Shown here in pieces: positions 63,613 to 64,000 of a stretch of 64,000 bases of DNA. Positions within the stretch are counted from its first letter, which is position 1. The number at the start of each line of letters is the position of its first letter. The translations under genes were made by a program, and so were the position numbers. Origin of the DNA: Macrostomum lignano (lineage: Eukaryota). The stretch covers positions 124,001 to 188,000 of the forward strand of contig NIVC01001974.1 in the NCBI GenBank assembly GCA_002269645.1, given 5' to 3'. The notes under the pieces were generated by a model. That model ran no database searches. It was not told the DNA's origin and saw only the letters and a program-made list of their open reading frames with translations.

Positions 63613-64000
63613 GGCCATAGACAGTAAAAATAAAGCCGATAAAAGCCACACTGCCACAGAACTGCACTCGGCCATAGACAGTAAAAATAAAGCCGATAAA
63701 AGCCACACTGCCACAGAACTGCACTCGGCCATAGACAATAAAGCTAATCAAAGCCACACTGCCACAGAACTGCACTCGGCCATAGACAATAAAGCTAATC
63801 AAAGCCACACTGCCACAGAACTGCACTCGGCCATAGACAATAAAGCCAATCAAAGCCACTGCCACAGAACTGCACTCGGCCATAGACAGTAAAAATAAAG
63901 CCGATAAAAGCCACACTGCCACAGAACTGCACTCGGCCATAGACAATAAAGCTAATCAAAGCCACACTGCCACAGAACTGCACTCGGCCATAGACAATAA
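63613..64000. repeat. 51-57-bp minisatellite, runs off the window end
   Basis: GGCCATAGACA...GCCACACTGCCACAGAACTGCACTC units. Confidence 0.92.

Overview
AT-rich, intron-containing animal genomic DNA saturated with tetranucleotide microsatellites (GACA, GATA, ATCA, TTAG, GAGT) and intron-specific minisatellites. This architecture suggests a lophotrochozoan such as the flatworm Macrostomum, which is inference only. Manual splice-phase reconstruction supports seven spliced genes: an orphan single-pass membrane protein (+), a 6-exon Shaw/Kv3-like K+ channel subunit with an atypical S4 and S6 gate (-), a Cdc25 phosphatase (-) head-to-head with a cofactor-dependent phosphoglycerate mutase (+), an aminergic-type class A GPCR (+), an orphan helical protein with a GC-AG intron (+), and a Shisa-like/WBP1-type PPxY membrane adaptor (+). 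Mobile DNA includes two tRNA-derived SINE families (one full copy with TSD plus about five relics), an internally deleted Tc1 element, hAT-type and hairpin MITE relics, and an LTR with a tRNA-Leu primer-binding site. Most long ORFs in the supplied track are artefacts of simple repeats. No CRISPR array, rRNA or bona fide tRNA gene was seen. The most intriguing observations are a 1.7 kb (CUAA)n STAR/SF1-motif array abutting the cdc25 3' splice site, the putative regulatory Kv subunit, TE-seeded microsatellites, and sharply local CpG depletion.
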